This document shows positions 26,806 through 36,927 of a stretch of DNA of 64,000 nucleotides, piece by piece. The DNA lies in contig JACRAY010000010.1 in NCBI GenBank assembly GCA_016213325.1, positions 68,927 to 132,926 on the forward strand, written 5' to 3'. The notes beneath the pieces were generated by a model that did not search any database, was not told the origin of the DNA, and saw nothing but the letters and a program-made list of their open reading frames with translations. Both the position numbers and the translations under genes were made by a program. This stretch comes from Burkholderiales bacterium (GTDB lineage: Bacteria; Pseudomonadota; Gammaproteobacteria; Burkholderiales; Burkholderiaceae_C). How positions within the stretch are numbered: position 1 is the stretch's first letter; every line of letters begins with the position of its first letter.

Positions 26806-27767
26806 GGCACAGGCAACGCGGCGCCGCCTTGCTGCTGGCGATGCTCACGGTGACGCTGGTCGCCACTTTCGCGGCCGCGGCGCTGTGGCAGCAGTGGCGC
26901 GGCGTCGAGGTGGAGCGCGCCGAACGCACCCGCGTGCAGTCGGCCTGGATCCTCACCGGCGCGCTCGACTGGGCGCGCCTCATCCTGCGCGAAGACCGCG
27001 GCGGCTCGGACCACCTGGGCGAGCCGTGGGCGATACCGCTGCAGGACGCGCGGCTGGCCACCTTCCTCGCGGCCGACAAGGGCAACACCGTGGACACGCA
27101 GGCCGAGAACGCCTTCCTGTCGGGGCAGATCATCGACCTGCATTCGCTGCTGAACGTGGGCAACCTGGTCACCAGTGGCTCGCCCAGCGAGAAGGCGATG
27201 CGCCAGTTCGAACTGCTGTTCGAGCAACTCGGCCTGCCCCAAACCGAGCTGCGCCGCATGGCGGAGAACCTGCGCTTTGCGCAGGACATCCACATCGACA
27301 ACCGCAATTCGTCGCAGGCGGGCCTGCCGCCGCAGAAGGTGGAGCAACTCGTGTGGCTGGGCCTGTCGCTGCAGACCGTGGCCGCGCTGCAGCCCTACGT
27401 GACGATCCTGCCCGGGGCCAGCACCAAGGTGAACCTCAACACCGCGAGCGCCGAGGTCATCTACGCCGCGGCGCCGGGCCTGGCACTGGCCGACGCGCAG
27501 CGGCTGGTGGCCGAGCGCGACCGCTCGCCCTTCGCGAAACTGGGCGACGCCGCCGCACTGGTGGGCAACCCGCAAGCCCTGGCCGCCGACCTGGTGGACG
27601 TGAAGTCGGACACCTTCGAAGTGCGCGGGCGCCTGCGGCTGGACGATCTCGTCGTGGAGGAGCGTTCGGTGGTCAAGCGCGAAGGCGGCACCATCCGCGT
27701 GGTGGCGCGCGAGCGCGGCGTGGTGGATCCGGCTGCGCTGGCCAAGCTGGCGTCGGGGCGGCGCTAG
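26802..27767 (+). CDS. gspK: T2SS minor pseudopilin GspK
   Basis: 321 aa with a GTG start overlapping the gspJ stop. ...RGAALLLAMLTVTLVA... and ...NLNTASAEVI... (a helix-hairpin-helix-like GspK motif). Confidence 0.85.
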   Translation: MRHRQRGAALLLAMLTVTLVATFAAAALWQQWRGVEVERAERTRVQSAWILTGALDWARLILREDRGGSDHLGEPWAIPLQDARLATFLAADKGNTVDTQAENAFLSGQIIDLHSLLNVGNLVTSGSPSEKAMRQFELLFEQLGLPQTELRRMAENLRFAQDIHIDNRNSSQAGLPPQKVEQLVWLGLSLQTVAALQPYVTILPGASTKVNLNTASAEVIYAAAPGLALADAQRLVAERDRSPFAKLGDAAALVGNPQALAADLVDVKSDTFEVRGRLRLDDLVVEERSVVKREGGTIRVVARERGVVDPAALAKLASGRR

Positions 27768-27807
27768 GAAGCTGGGGTTGCACCCCAGCCTACAATCGAT
27801 TTCGTCT

Positions 27808-29013
27808 ATGAGTTCCCTCATTGTCCTGTTGCCGGCGGAACCGGCCGGCCCGGCCGGCGAGTTCGCTTTTGCGCTCAGCCCCGACCGCCGCACGGTGCAG
27901 GACCACGGCGCCGCGCCGCTGGCCCTGCTGCCGCAACCGCGCGGCGCGGGCGCCGAAGTGGTGGCGGTGGTGCCCGCGCAAGCCGTCTCGTGGCACCAGG
28001 TCGAACTGCCCAAGGGCGTGAACGCCGCCACGCCGCGCCTGCGCGGCGTGCTGGAAGGCCTGCTGGAAGAACGCCTGCTGGACGAACCCGACAACCTGCA
28101 CTTCGCACTGCAGCCCAACGCGGGCACCGGCATGGTGTGGGTAGCGGCCTGCGACCGGCAATGGCTGCGCGGCATGCTGGACGCGCTGGAAGGCGCGGGC
28201 CGGCCGGCCACGCGCATCGTCCCCGAGTTCGCGCCCGAGGGCGAAGGCACGCTGCATGCGCTGGGCGACCCCGACCATGCGCAGCTGGTGTGGTCGTCGA
28301 GCGACGGTGTGCTGGTCCTGCCGCTCACCGCCATGGCGGCGGCGCTGTTGCCGCCGGCCGCTGCCGAGGCGCGCTGCTGCGCCGAGCCGGCCGTGGCCGC
28401 GCTCGCCGAGCAGGCCCTGCATCGCAAGGTCGAGTTGCAGCAGGCGCCGCAGCGCTGGCTGCAGGCGGCGCAGTCCTCGTGGGACCTGGCCCAGCTGGAG
28501 TTCGCCAGCTCGAGCCGCACCCGCGCATGGAAGAAGTTCGCTTCCGGCTGGACCGAGCTGCTGGCTGCACCGCAGTGGCGCGCCGCGCGCTGGGCCGCGG
28601 CGGCGCTGGTGATCCTCAACATCGCCGGGCTCAACGCGTGGGCGCTGAAGGAGCGCCAGTCGCTCGAGGCAAAGCGCGTCGCCGTGCGCCAAGCACTGAC
28701 CCAGACCTTTCCCAACGTGAAGGTGGTGGTCGATGCGCCGGTGCAGATGGAGCGCGAGGTCGCGTTGCTGCGCCAGCAGGCCGGCGTGGCGTCGGGCCGC
28801 GACATGGAGTCGATGCTGGCCGCGCTCAGCATGGCCGCGCCGCCCGGGCGCACCGCTGCCGCAGTGGAATTCAACGGCAACGAACTGCGCGTGCGCGGCC
28901 TGCGCCTGACGGCCGACGAAGTGCGCCCGGTCGCCTCGAACCTCAAGAGCCTGGGCTATGGCGCCACCTTGCAGGGCGACGTGCTGGTGGTCGTTCAGGA
29001 GGCTGCCCCATGA
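27808..29013 (+). CDS. gspL: T2SS assembly-platform protein GspL
   Basis: 401 aa from the ATG MSSLIVLLP... (the track ORF starts at an upstream TTG). It has a cytoplasmic actin-like N-domain, a central TM (RWAAAALVILNIAGLNAW) and the expected position before gspM. Confidence 0.8.
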   Translation: MSSLIVLLPAEPAGPAGEFAFALSPDRRTVQDHGAAPLALLPQPRGAGAEVVAVVPAQAVSWHQVELPKGVNAATPRLRGVLEGLLEERLLDEPDNLHFALQPNAGTGMVWVAACDRQWLRGMLDALEGAGRPATRIVPEFAPEGEGTLHALGDPDHAQLVWSSSDGVLVLPLTAMAAALLPPAAAEARCCAEPAVAALAEQALHRKVELQQAPQRWLQAAQSSWDLAQLEFASSSRTRAWKKFASGWTELLAAPQWRAARWAAAALVILNIAGLNAWALKERQSLEAKRVAVRQALTQTFPNVKVVVDAPVQMEREVALLRQQAGVASGRDMESMLAALSMAAPPGRTAAAVEFNGNELRVRGLRLTADEVRPVASNLKSLGYGATLQGDVLVVVQEAAP

Positions 29014-29492
29014 CCTGGCAGCAGGCCGCCACGCAGCGCTGGGAGTCCCTCGTCCCGCGTGAAAAGCTGATGGTTGCATCGGCCGCTGCCGTGGTGGGCA
29101 TTGCGCTCGCCTGGTGGGTGCTGTTCGCGCCGGCGCTCGGCGTGCTGCGCGGCGCCGAAGCGCAGCATCGCACGCTCGATGCGCAGCGCCAGCAGATGGC
29201 ACGCCTGCAGGCACAGGCGCAGGCCCTGCAGGCGCAGCCGAAGCAGCCGCACGACGAGGCCATGCGCCTGCTGGAACAGGCCATCCGGCAGCAGCTGGGC
29301 GTGAGCGCGCGCTACACCATCCAGAACGACCGCGTGACCGTCACGCTCACCGGCACGCCGGCCGAAGTGCTGGCCCAGTGGCTGGTGCAGGCACGCGCGA
29401 CGGCCCGCGCCCTGCCCTCCGAGGCGCGGCTGCAGCGCAACGCCGCGGGCCTGTGGGAAGGCACGCTGGTGCTGAACCTGCCGCCGCGCTAG
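29010..29492 (+). CDS. gspM: T2SS assembly-platform protein GspM
   Basis: 160 aa. The ATG overlaps the gspL stop. It has a single N-terminal TM (LMVASAAAVVGIALAWWVLF) and the usual GspM size and position. Confidence 0.8.
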   Translation: MTWQQAATQRWESLVPREKLMVASAAAVVGIALAWWVLFAPALGVLRGAEAQHRTLDAQRQQMARLQAQAQALQAQPKQPHDEAMRLLEQAIRQQLGVSARYTIQNDRVTVTLTGTPAEVLAQWLVQARATARALPSEARLQRNAAGLWEGTLVLNLPPR

Positions 29493-29494
29493 CC

Positions 29495-30286
29495 GTGGCC
29501 CGCAAGCCGCCCGCCGCCGAGCCCGCCCCGTGGCCATGGGCCATTGCGGGCGCCGTGGCCGGAACACTCGCCGCCGTGGTCCTGTTCGCGCCTGCCCACT
29601 GGCTGGCGCAGGCGCTGGCGCGCGCCAGCAACGGGCAGGTGCTGCTGGCCGAAACGCGAGGCACGGTCTGGAACGGCTCGGGCCGGCTGCTGCTGGCGGG
29701 CGGGCCCGGCAGCACCGACCTGGCGGCCCTGCCCGGCCGCGTCGACTGGCGGCTGCGACCGCGCCTCACCGGCGCCATCCTGCAGGTGCGCGCGGCCTGC
29801 TGCTCGCCCCATCCCGTGCGCCTCGACGCGCGCTGGCGCCTGGCCGGGCCGGCACTGAAGGTCGGCGCTGCCTCCCTGCAGGTGCCGGCGGCCGTGCTCA
29901 CCGGCCTGGGCACGCCGTGGAACACGCTGCAGGTGGACGGCGACCTTGCACTGGCCACGCAGGGCCTTTCAGTAGAATGGGCCGAAGGCCGCCTGGCGAT
30001 GACGGGGCAGGCCGAACTGGTGGCGCGCAACGTGTCGTCGCGCCTGTCGACCTTGAGGCCCATGGGCAGCTACCGCATCACCGTGCTGGGCGGCGCCGCA
30101 CCTTCCCTGCGGCTGGACACGCTGGATGGCCCGCTCAGGCTGGCCGGCAGCGGCCAGTGGGTCGGGCAGCGGCTGCACTTCCGCGGCGAAGCCATGGCCG
30201 CGCCGGACCGCGAGGCGGCGCTCGCGAACCTGCTGAACATCATCGGGCGCCGCAGCGGCGGACGCTCCATCATTACGATCGGTTGA
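29495..30286 (+). CDS. gspN: T2SS protein GspN
   Basis: 263 aa from a GTG 3 nt after the gspM stop. It has an N-terminal TM and ...ETRGTVWNGSGRL..., a GspN-like motif. The start codon is uncertain. Confidence 0.7.
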   Translation: MARKPPAAEPAPWPWAIAGAVAGTLAAVVLFAPAHWLAQALARASNGQVLLAETRGTVWNGSGRLLLAGGPGSTDLAALPGRVDWRLRPRLTGAILQVRAACCSPHPVRLDARWRLAGPALKVGAASLQVPAAVLTGLGTPWNTLQVDGDLALATQGLSVEWAEGRLAMTGQAELVARNVSSRLSTLRPMGSYRITVLGGAAPSLRLDTLDGPLRLAGSGQWVGQRLHFRGEAMAAPDREAALANLLNIIGRRSGGRSIITIG

Positions 30287-30287
30287 C

Positions 30288-32372
30288 ATGCATTTCCGTC
30301 TTGCCCTCGCCACCTTCGCCGCCGTGCTGGCGTGTGTCGCCACGGTGCCCGCATTCGCGCAGCGCGCGGGCGAGCCCGTCACGCTGAACTTCGTCAACGC
30401 CGACATCGAAGCGGTGGCGCGCACCATGGGGGCCATCAGCGGCCGCAACATCGTGGTCGACCCGCGCGTGAAGGGCACCATCACCCTGTCGACCGAGCGG
30501 CCGGTCACGCCCGCGGCGGCCTTCAACCAGTTCCTGGCCACGCTGCGCCTGTCGGGCTTTGCGGTGGTGGAGTCGGGCGGCCTGCTGAAGGTGGTGCCGG
30601 AAGCCGACGCCAAGCTGCAAAGCGGCTCGGTCAACGTCGGCCCCACGCCTGCCGGCGGCGCGCAGATCGTCACGCAGATCTTCCGCCTGAACCACGAGAA
30701 CGCGGGCAACCTGGTGCCCATCCTCAGGCCGCTGATCAGCCCCAACAACACCATCAACGTCAACCCGGGCAACAACTCGCTGGTCATCACCGACTACGCC
30801 GACAACCTGCAGCGGCTGGCGCGCATCATCGCGGCGCTCGACATCCCCACCGGGACCGACGTCGAGGTGATCAACCTGCGGCATGCGCTTGCCTCCGACC
30901 TGGCGCCGGTGGTGCAGCGGCTGGCCGAAGCCAGCTCCGCCGGCACGACGGTGTCCGCGCCCGGGCAGGCGATCCAGGTCGGCGACAGTTCGCAGCGCAC
31001 CACCGTGATCGCCGAGCCGCGCAGCAATTCGCTGATCGTGCGCGCCTCCAACCCGGCACGCCTGGCCCTGGTGCGCAGCCTGGTGGAGCGGCTCGACCGT
31101 CCCAGCTCCGACAGCGCCACGGGCAACATCTACGTGGTCTACCTGAAGAACGCGGACGCCACGCGCCTCGCCACCGTGCTGCGCGCTGCCCTGGCGGGCG
31201 GCGGCAGCACCTCGGGCGGTACCGTGACCAGCACCGGCTCGAGCGCGGCTCCGACCCTGGGTGGCGCCACCACGGCCGGCGCTACGGCGGCCACGGCGCC
31301 CGTCACCACGCTCGCGCAGCCTTCCACGGGCGGCCAGATCCAGGCCGACCCGGCGACCAACTCGCTCATCATCACGGCGCCCGAGCCGCAGTACCGGCAG
31401 CTGCGTGCCGTGATCGACCGGCTCGACTCGCGCCGCGCGCAGGTGCTGGTGGAAAGCCTGATCGTCGAAGTGAGCGCCGACAAGGTCAACGAGTTCGGCA
31501 TCCAGTGGCAGAACGTGCTGGGTACCAGCAGCAGCAGCCTGGTAGGCTTCCTCGGCAGCAACTTCAGCGGCGCCGGCGTCGGCTCGGGGTCGGGCGTTGC
31601 GGGCAACATCATCGACCTCGCCGTGGGCGCAGCCAACGCATCGGCCAAGCCCGCCACCGGCTTCAACTTCGGTGTCGCGCGCAACATCGAAGGCAAGTTC
31701 CTGCTGGGCTTCCTGGCGCGCTTCCTCGAGACCAACGGCGATGCCAACGTCCTGTCCACGCCCAACCTGCTGACGCTGGACAACGAGGAAGCCAAGATCG
31801 TCATCGGCCAGAACGTGCCCTTCGTGACCGGCCAGTACACCAATTCGAACACCGGCACGGGCGGCAGCGTGAACCCGTTCCAGACGATAGAGCGCAAGGA
31901 CGTGGGCCTCACGCTGCGCGTGAAGCCGCAGATCAACGAGAACGGCACCGTCAAGCTGCAGATCTTCCAGGAGGTGTCGAGCGTGGTCGAGTCGTCGATC
32001 ACCTCCACCAGCGGCCTGATCACCAACAAGCGCTCGATCGAATCCAACGTGCTGGTGGAAGACGGCGCCATCGTCGTGCTGGGCGGCCTGCTGGAAGACC
32101 GCTTCTCGGGTGCGCAGGAGAAGATCCCCGGCCTGGGCGACGTGCCCGGGCTCGGCAACCTCTTCAAGACCGAGCGCAAGTCGCGCGCCAAGACCAACCT
32201 GATGGTGTTCCTGCGGCCCGTGGTGGTGCGCGACGCGGCCGAGACCGATGCCCTGTCGCTGGACCGCTACGAGCTGATGCGCACCAAGCAGGAAACGGCC
32301 GCGCCGCGCCGCCCGGACGCGCCGCCGGTGAACGAGGGCCCGGTGCTGCCGCCCGTGACCCGGCCGCGTTGA
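30288..32372 (+). CDS. gspD: T2SS outer-membrane secretin
   Basis: 694 aa with a signal peptide, N0-N3 domains (...VTLNFVNADIEAVARTM...) and a C-terminal secretin domain (...IVVLGGLLED...PGLGDVPGLGNLFK...NLMVFLRP...). Confidence 0.95.
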   Translation: MHFRLALATFAAVLACVATVPAFAQRAGEPVTLNFVNADIEAVARTMGAISGRNIVVDPRVKGTITLSTERPVTPAAAFNQFLATLRLSGFAVVESGGLLKVVPEADAKLQSGSVNVGPTPAGGAQIVTQIFRLNHENAGNLVPILRPLISPNNTINVNPGNNSLVITDYADNLQRLARIIAALDIPTGTDVEVINLRHALASDLAPVVQRLAEASSAGTTVSAPGQAIQVGDSSQRTTVIAEPRSNSLIVRASNPARLALVRSLVERLDRPSSDSATGNIYVVYLKNADATRLATVLRAALAGGGSTSGGTVTSTGSSAAPTLGGATTAGATAATAPVTTLAQPSTGGQIQADPATNSLIITAPEPQYRQLRAVIDRLDSRRAQVLVESLIVEVSADKVNEFGIQWQNVLGTSSSSLVGFLGSNFSGAGVGSGSGVAGNIIDLAVGAANASAKPATGFNFGVARNIEGKFLLGFLARFLETNGDANVLSTPNLLTLDNEEAKIVIGQNVPFVTGQYTNSNTGTGGSVNPFQTIERKDVGLTLRVKPQINENGTVKLQIFQEVSSVVESSITSTSGLITNKRSIESNVLVEDGAIVVLGGLLEDRFSGAQEKIPGLGDVPGLGNLFKTERKSRAKTNLMVFLRPVVVRDAAETDALSLDRYELMRTKQETAAPRRPDAPPVNEGPVLPPVTRPR

Positions 32373-32390
32373 CGTGATGCGGCGCTTTCG

Positions 32391-33794
<1,404 letters not shown>

Positions 33795-33822
33795 GGTGCC
33801 GCGCGAACGGCAGGATGCGCGC

Positions 33823-33838
33823 GCTAAGCGCGCTTAGC
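33823..33838. other. perfect 16 nt palindrome GCTAAGCGCGCTTAGC between convergent gspE and the lipoprotein gene
   Basis: Read directly from the sequence. There is no flanking T-run, so its function is unclear (weak bidirectional terminator or protein-binding site). Confidence 0.4.
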
Positions 33839-33845
33839 CCCTGCC

Positions 33846-34397
33846 CTACTGTTCCTGCACGATGTTGTTGGCCCCGGTGTTGACGATGGTCGTCTTCTGG
33901 GTATAGCCGCCCGGGATCTTCAGCACGTTGTTGCTGCCGGCCAGGGTGATGTCCGGCACGTTGGCGCTGAAGGCTTCGATAGTGATCACGGCGTTGCTGC
34001 CGCCCACCGACAGCCGGTCGACCGTGTCGGCCGGGCCGATGTTGATGACGGCATTGGTGCCGTTGACGACGAAGTCGGCCACGGTGACCGTGGAGCCCAG
34101 CGACACGGAGTTGTTGGCCCCGCCGATCTGGATGTTGCTGACGATCGACGAGAACTCCACCACGATGGTGTTGTTGGAGCCGGTCACGTCGAGCTCGGTC
34201 ACCGTGTTGCAGCAAGCGATGGTGAGCCGGTTGCCGGTGGTCGGGATTTCCACCGCATACGGCTGCGTGCGATCGAGCCGCACCGTTTCGTTGCCGTTGC
34301 CGAGGATGACGGGCGAATCCGGGAAGTCGCTGCCACCGCCGCCGCCGCCGCAGGCGGTGAGCAGTGCCGTCAAGAAGATTGCGAGCAGATACTTCAT
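33846..34397 (-). CDS. lipoprotein built of short beta-solenoid-type repeats (DUF3060-like)
   Basis: 183 aa from the internal ATG MKYLLAIFLTALLTAC (lipobox) followed by GGGGGG. At least 7 repeats of about 20 aa carry the core G-[STA]-N-N-x-[IV]-x-[IVL] (GSNNTIVV, GANNSVSL, GTNAVINI, GSNAVITI, GSNNVLKI, GANNIVQ). Confidence 0.7.
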   Translation of the reverse strand: MKYLLAIFLTALLTACGGGGGGSDFPDSPVILGNGNETVRLDRTQPYAVEIPTTGNRLTIACCNTVTELDVTGSNNTIVVEFSSIVSNIQIGGANNSVSLGSTVTVADFVVNGTNAVINIGPADTVDRLSVGGSNAVITIEAFSANVPDITLAGSNNVLKIPGGYTQKTTIVNTGANNIVQEQ

Positions 34398-34561
34398 GGT
34401 TCCCCTCTTCCGGAAATTTTGGTTTGTCGCGTCAAGGCCGCCTCGAAAAGGAGCTCGCAACAGGAGGGAACATCATATCTGGCGGCGTTGCCGTCCGTAA
34501 CCCCCGTCGCGCCCAAGCGACAAAGTGTAAGTGCATCGTTCCCATTGCGGGAAAACGCGCA

Positions 34562-34720
34562 TCACACCCGCTCGGGCGGGCCGGGGCGACCGGGCAGCTC
34601 CACGGGTGCCTCGGGCGGACGGTCGTCTTCGGTGGGCGGCACCGCAGGGCGCGGGGGCGCGGTCGGTGGCGGCGCCTCGCTGGGCTCGGGCGCTTCGGGC
34701 AGGGCTTGGGCAGCTGGCAT
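34562..34720 (-). CDS. candidate 52 aa proline-rich acidic small protein, translationally coupled to the RTX/Ig gene
   Basis: The ATG overlaps the upstream TGA (TGATG). The product is MPAAQALPEAPEPSEAPPPTAPPRPAVPPTEDDRPPEAPVELPGRPGPPERV. About 80% of third codon positions are G/C, as in real genes here. However, Pro-rich frames also arise by chance in GC-rich DNA. Confidence 0.3.
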   Translation of the reverse strand: MPAAQALPEAPEPSEAPPPTAPPRPAVPPTEDDRPPEAPVELPGRPGPPERV

Positions 34721-36687
34721 CAGAAGAACGATACGTCCAATTGCTGGATGCTGCCGGCAAAAGCGCCGAAGCGGGCGGTGTTGAGCTCGTGCGCCGCCGC
34801 GAAAGCGAGGAACTCGGCGTTGGTCTCCCAGGTGAGGCCGGGGCCGATTTCCGAAGTGAACTGCTCGACCTGCTCCTGCGTGGGCGTGATGTGCGCCAGC
34901 GTCATGAAGAGGTGCGTGACCAGCGTGGCGCTGTCCACGCCGGGCGCATAGTGGTCGATCATGGCCTGCGCCAGCGCTTCCATGCTGCCGGCGATGTCGC
35001 CCTCGGCCACCCACTCGCTCAGCAGCGCCTGGCCGGGTGCGGCGCCGAACGCGGCCCACAGCAGCGCCTCGGCGTTCCAGACCGGCTCACCCACCTCGGT
35101 GTCGAACGCGAAGTAGGCGTTGGTGAACTGCACGCGCTCGATGCCGGTGAGCACCAGGTCGTCGCCGCTGGCCAGGCTCACTTCGATCTGCGACTCGGTG
35201 ATGGTGTAACTTTGCACCGCAGCCAGAGCCACGCCGAGGTCCGCCGTGTCGGTGCCGCTGCCGCCCGACAGCGAGTCGTCGCCCCCGCCGCCTTCCAGCG
35301 TGTCGCGGCCGCCCAGGCCGTTGATGATCTCGGTGGCAGGGGTGCCCACCAGGTGGTCGTTGCCTTCGGTGCCGTTGATGGTGGTGATGTTGCCCACCAC
35401 CGTGTTCGTTTCGGCCGAGGTGACACTCTCTGCCGTGCCTTCGTCGTCGGTGTAGCTCACCCGCACGCTGATCCGGGCGCCGACGTCGGCCTGCACCAGG
35501 GCGTACTCGGTGGAAGTCGCGCCGCCGATCACGTCGCCGTCGCGCAGCCACTGGTAGCTGAAGGTGCCCAGGCCGTCTTCGTCGGCGATGCCGTCGGCGT
35601 TGGCCGTGAGCAGCTGGCCGATGGCGGCAGCGCCCTCGATGGTGACGGTGCCGGTCGGGGCGTCGTTCACGTTGGCGACCACCGCAGTCGACGAAGAAGT
35701 GACCTGCTCGGCCGTGCCGTGGTCGTCGGTGTAGCTCACGCGCACGCTGATGGTGGCGTCGACGTCGGCCTGCGTGAGCTGGTAGGTACTGCCGGTGGCG
35801 CTGCCGATCGTCGCGCCGCCGCGCAGCCATTGGTAGCTGAAGTCGCCCAGGCCGTCGCCATCGGCCAGGCCCGCAGTGTTGGCCGTCAGGGTCTGGCCCT
35901 CGTCCGCGGTGCCGGTGATGGTGACGGTCCCGGTGGGCGAGTCGTTCACGTTGGCAATGTTGGCCGTCTGTGCCGAAGTCACCTGCTCGGCATAGCCGTC
36001 GTCGTCGGTGTAGCTGACGCGCACGCTGATTTTCGCGCCGACGTCGGCGTCGACCAGCGTGTAGGTATCGGACGTCGCCCCGCCGATGCTGCTGCCGTTG
36101 CGCAGCCACTGGTAGCTGAAGGTGCCGAGGCCATTGCCGTCCTGCACCGCGCTGGCGTCGGCGGTGAGGGTCTGGTTCTCGGTGGGGGTGCCGGTGATGA
36201 CGACGCTGCCGGTGGGGTCCTGGTCGGGGTCGCCGAGGGCGACGGTGTCGCCGGCGAAGTTCTTGGGCTGGGCGATGGCGGTGGCCGTGAGTGTCGAGCC
36301 CGATGTGCGCACCAGCGAGTGGACCCCGTCCGTCGGCAATGCACTGACCGTGTACGTGACGGTATCCGCCCCCAACCCAAAGTTGATCGTGACCGTCGTG
36401 CTTCCGGTGAAGAAGAGAAAGCCCGGATCTATTGTGTAGTCCGCAGTGATCCCGTAAGTCGTCTGGAATGCCTGCGTTGCGAGCAACACAGATGTGTTGC
36501 TCGTGGCATTGCTTGGAAGGTCAGCCTGGAACTGCAGCGTGTGCGGCACCCCGTTTTGCGTGACGGTTATCGACTCGCCTCCCCATTCGTCCTCGCCGTC
36601 GAAACCGCCCACCGACAATTCGATGAACTGCAAGGAGCCATCGTCATTGGAAAAGACTTCCTTGATGTCGTACCGGTGAAATGTCAT
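34720..36687 (-). CDS. large leaderless Ca-binding repeat protein: N-terminal LTD-like domain, 3 tandem Ig/cadherin-like modules, RTX nonapeptides, C-terminal ~128 aa module
   Basis: 655 aa from an ATG preceded by GGAGA (MTFHRYDIKEVFSNDDGSLQFIELS...). There is no signal peptide. There are three modules of ~93 aa (GTVTITGT..GQTLTA...DGLG.FSYQWLR.G..IGGAT...Y.L...DVGA.ISVRVSYTDD.G.AE.VTS). RTX repeats read GTEGNDHLVGT..INGLGGRDTLEGGGGDDSLSGGSGTD. The track ORF has 72 spurious N-terminal codons. Confidence 0.85.
   Translation of the reverse strand: MTFHRYDIKEVFSNDDGSLQFIELSVGGFDGEDEWGGESITVTQNGVPHTLQFQADLPSNATSNTSVLLATQAFQTTYGITADYTIDPGFLFFTGSTTVTINFGLGADTVTYTVSALPTDGVHSLVRTSGSTLTATAIAQPKNFAGDTVALGDPDQDPTGSVVITGTPTENQTLTADASAVQDGNGLGTFSYQWLRNGSSIGGATSDTYTLVDADVGAKISVRVSYTDDDGYAEQVTSAQTANIANVNDSPTGTVTITGTADEGQTLTANTAGLADGDGLGDFSYQWLRGGATIGSATGSTYQLTQADVDATISVRVSYTDDHGTAEQVTSSSTAVVANVNDAPTGTVTIEGAAAIGQLLTANADGIADEDGLGTFSYQWLRDGDVIGGATSTEYALVQADVGARISVRVSYTDDEGTAESVTSAETNTVVGNITTINGTEGNDHLVGTPATEIINGLGGRDTLEGGGGDDSLSGGSGTDTADLGVALAAVQSYTITESQIEVSLASGDDLVLTGIERVQFTNAYFAFDTEVGEPVWNAEALLWAAFGAAPGQALLSEWVAEGDIAGSMEALAQAMIDHYAPGVDSATLVTHLFMTLAHITPTQEQVEQFTSEIGPGLTWETNAEFLAFAAAHELNTARFGAFAGSIQQLDVSFF
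35389..36219 (-). repeat. intragenic tandem repeat, 3 units of about 276-279 bp (92-93 aa)
   Basis: The units start at aa 157 (DPTGSVVITGT), 249 (DSPTGTVTITGT) and 342 (DAPTGTVTIEGA) of the 655 aa protein. Many blocks are identical (FSYQWLR, ISVRVSYTDD). Confidence 0.85.
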
Positions 36688-36927
36688 CACAGTCTCCACA
36701 CCCCTGAAGGGTACGAAACGGCTTGGATTCACCCGCCCGGCTTTGGTTCCATTCGCACAAAGGAATGGCCCGCCGGCAGCTTCACAGCAGGGCGGGCCGA
36801 GGCGGGGAGAAAGGTTCCGGGTCGAGCCCGGGACGGCTTGAGTAGATCCCCGCCGTTGCAGCCGGAGAGAGCGACCGGCCACACAATTGCAGTGTAGGCG
36901 CACCGCCGCGGCACATGCTGACCTGCG

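Noticed and set aside
33823-33838. The perfect 16 nt palindrome considered as the gspE terminator
   Set aside because: It has no loop and no flanking U-run on either strand, so it cannot be called an intrinsic terminator. It is kept only as an observed palindrome.
34531-36897. 788 aa plus-strand ORF and the 340 aa minus-strand alternative frame (35087..36109) over the RTX/Ig gene
   Set aside because: The minus-strand frame starting at 36687 gives a coherent modular protein with an SD. The alternatives are Arg/Gly/His-rich and repeat only because the underlying DNA is repeated.
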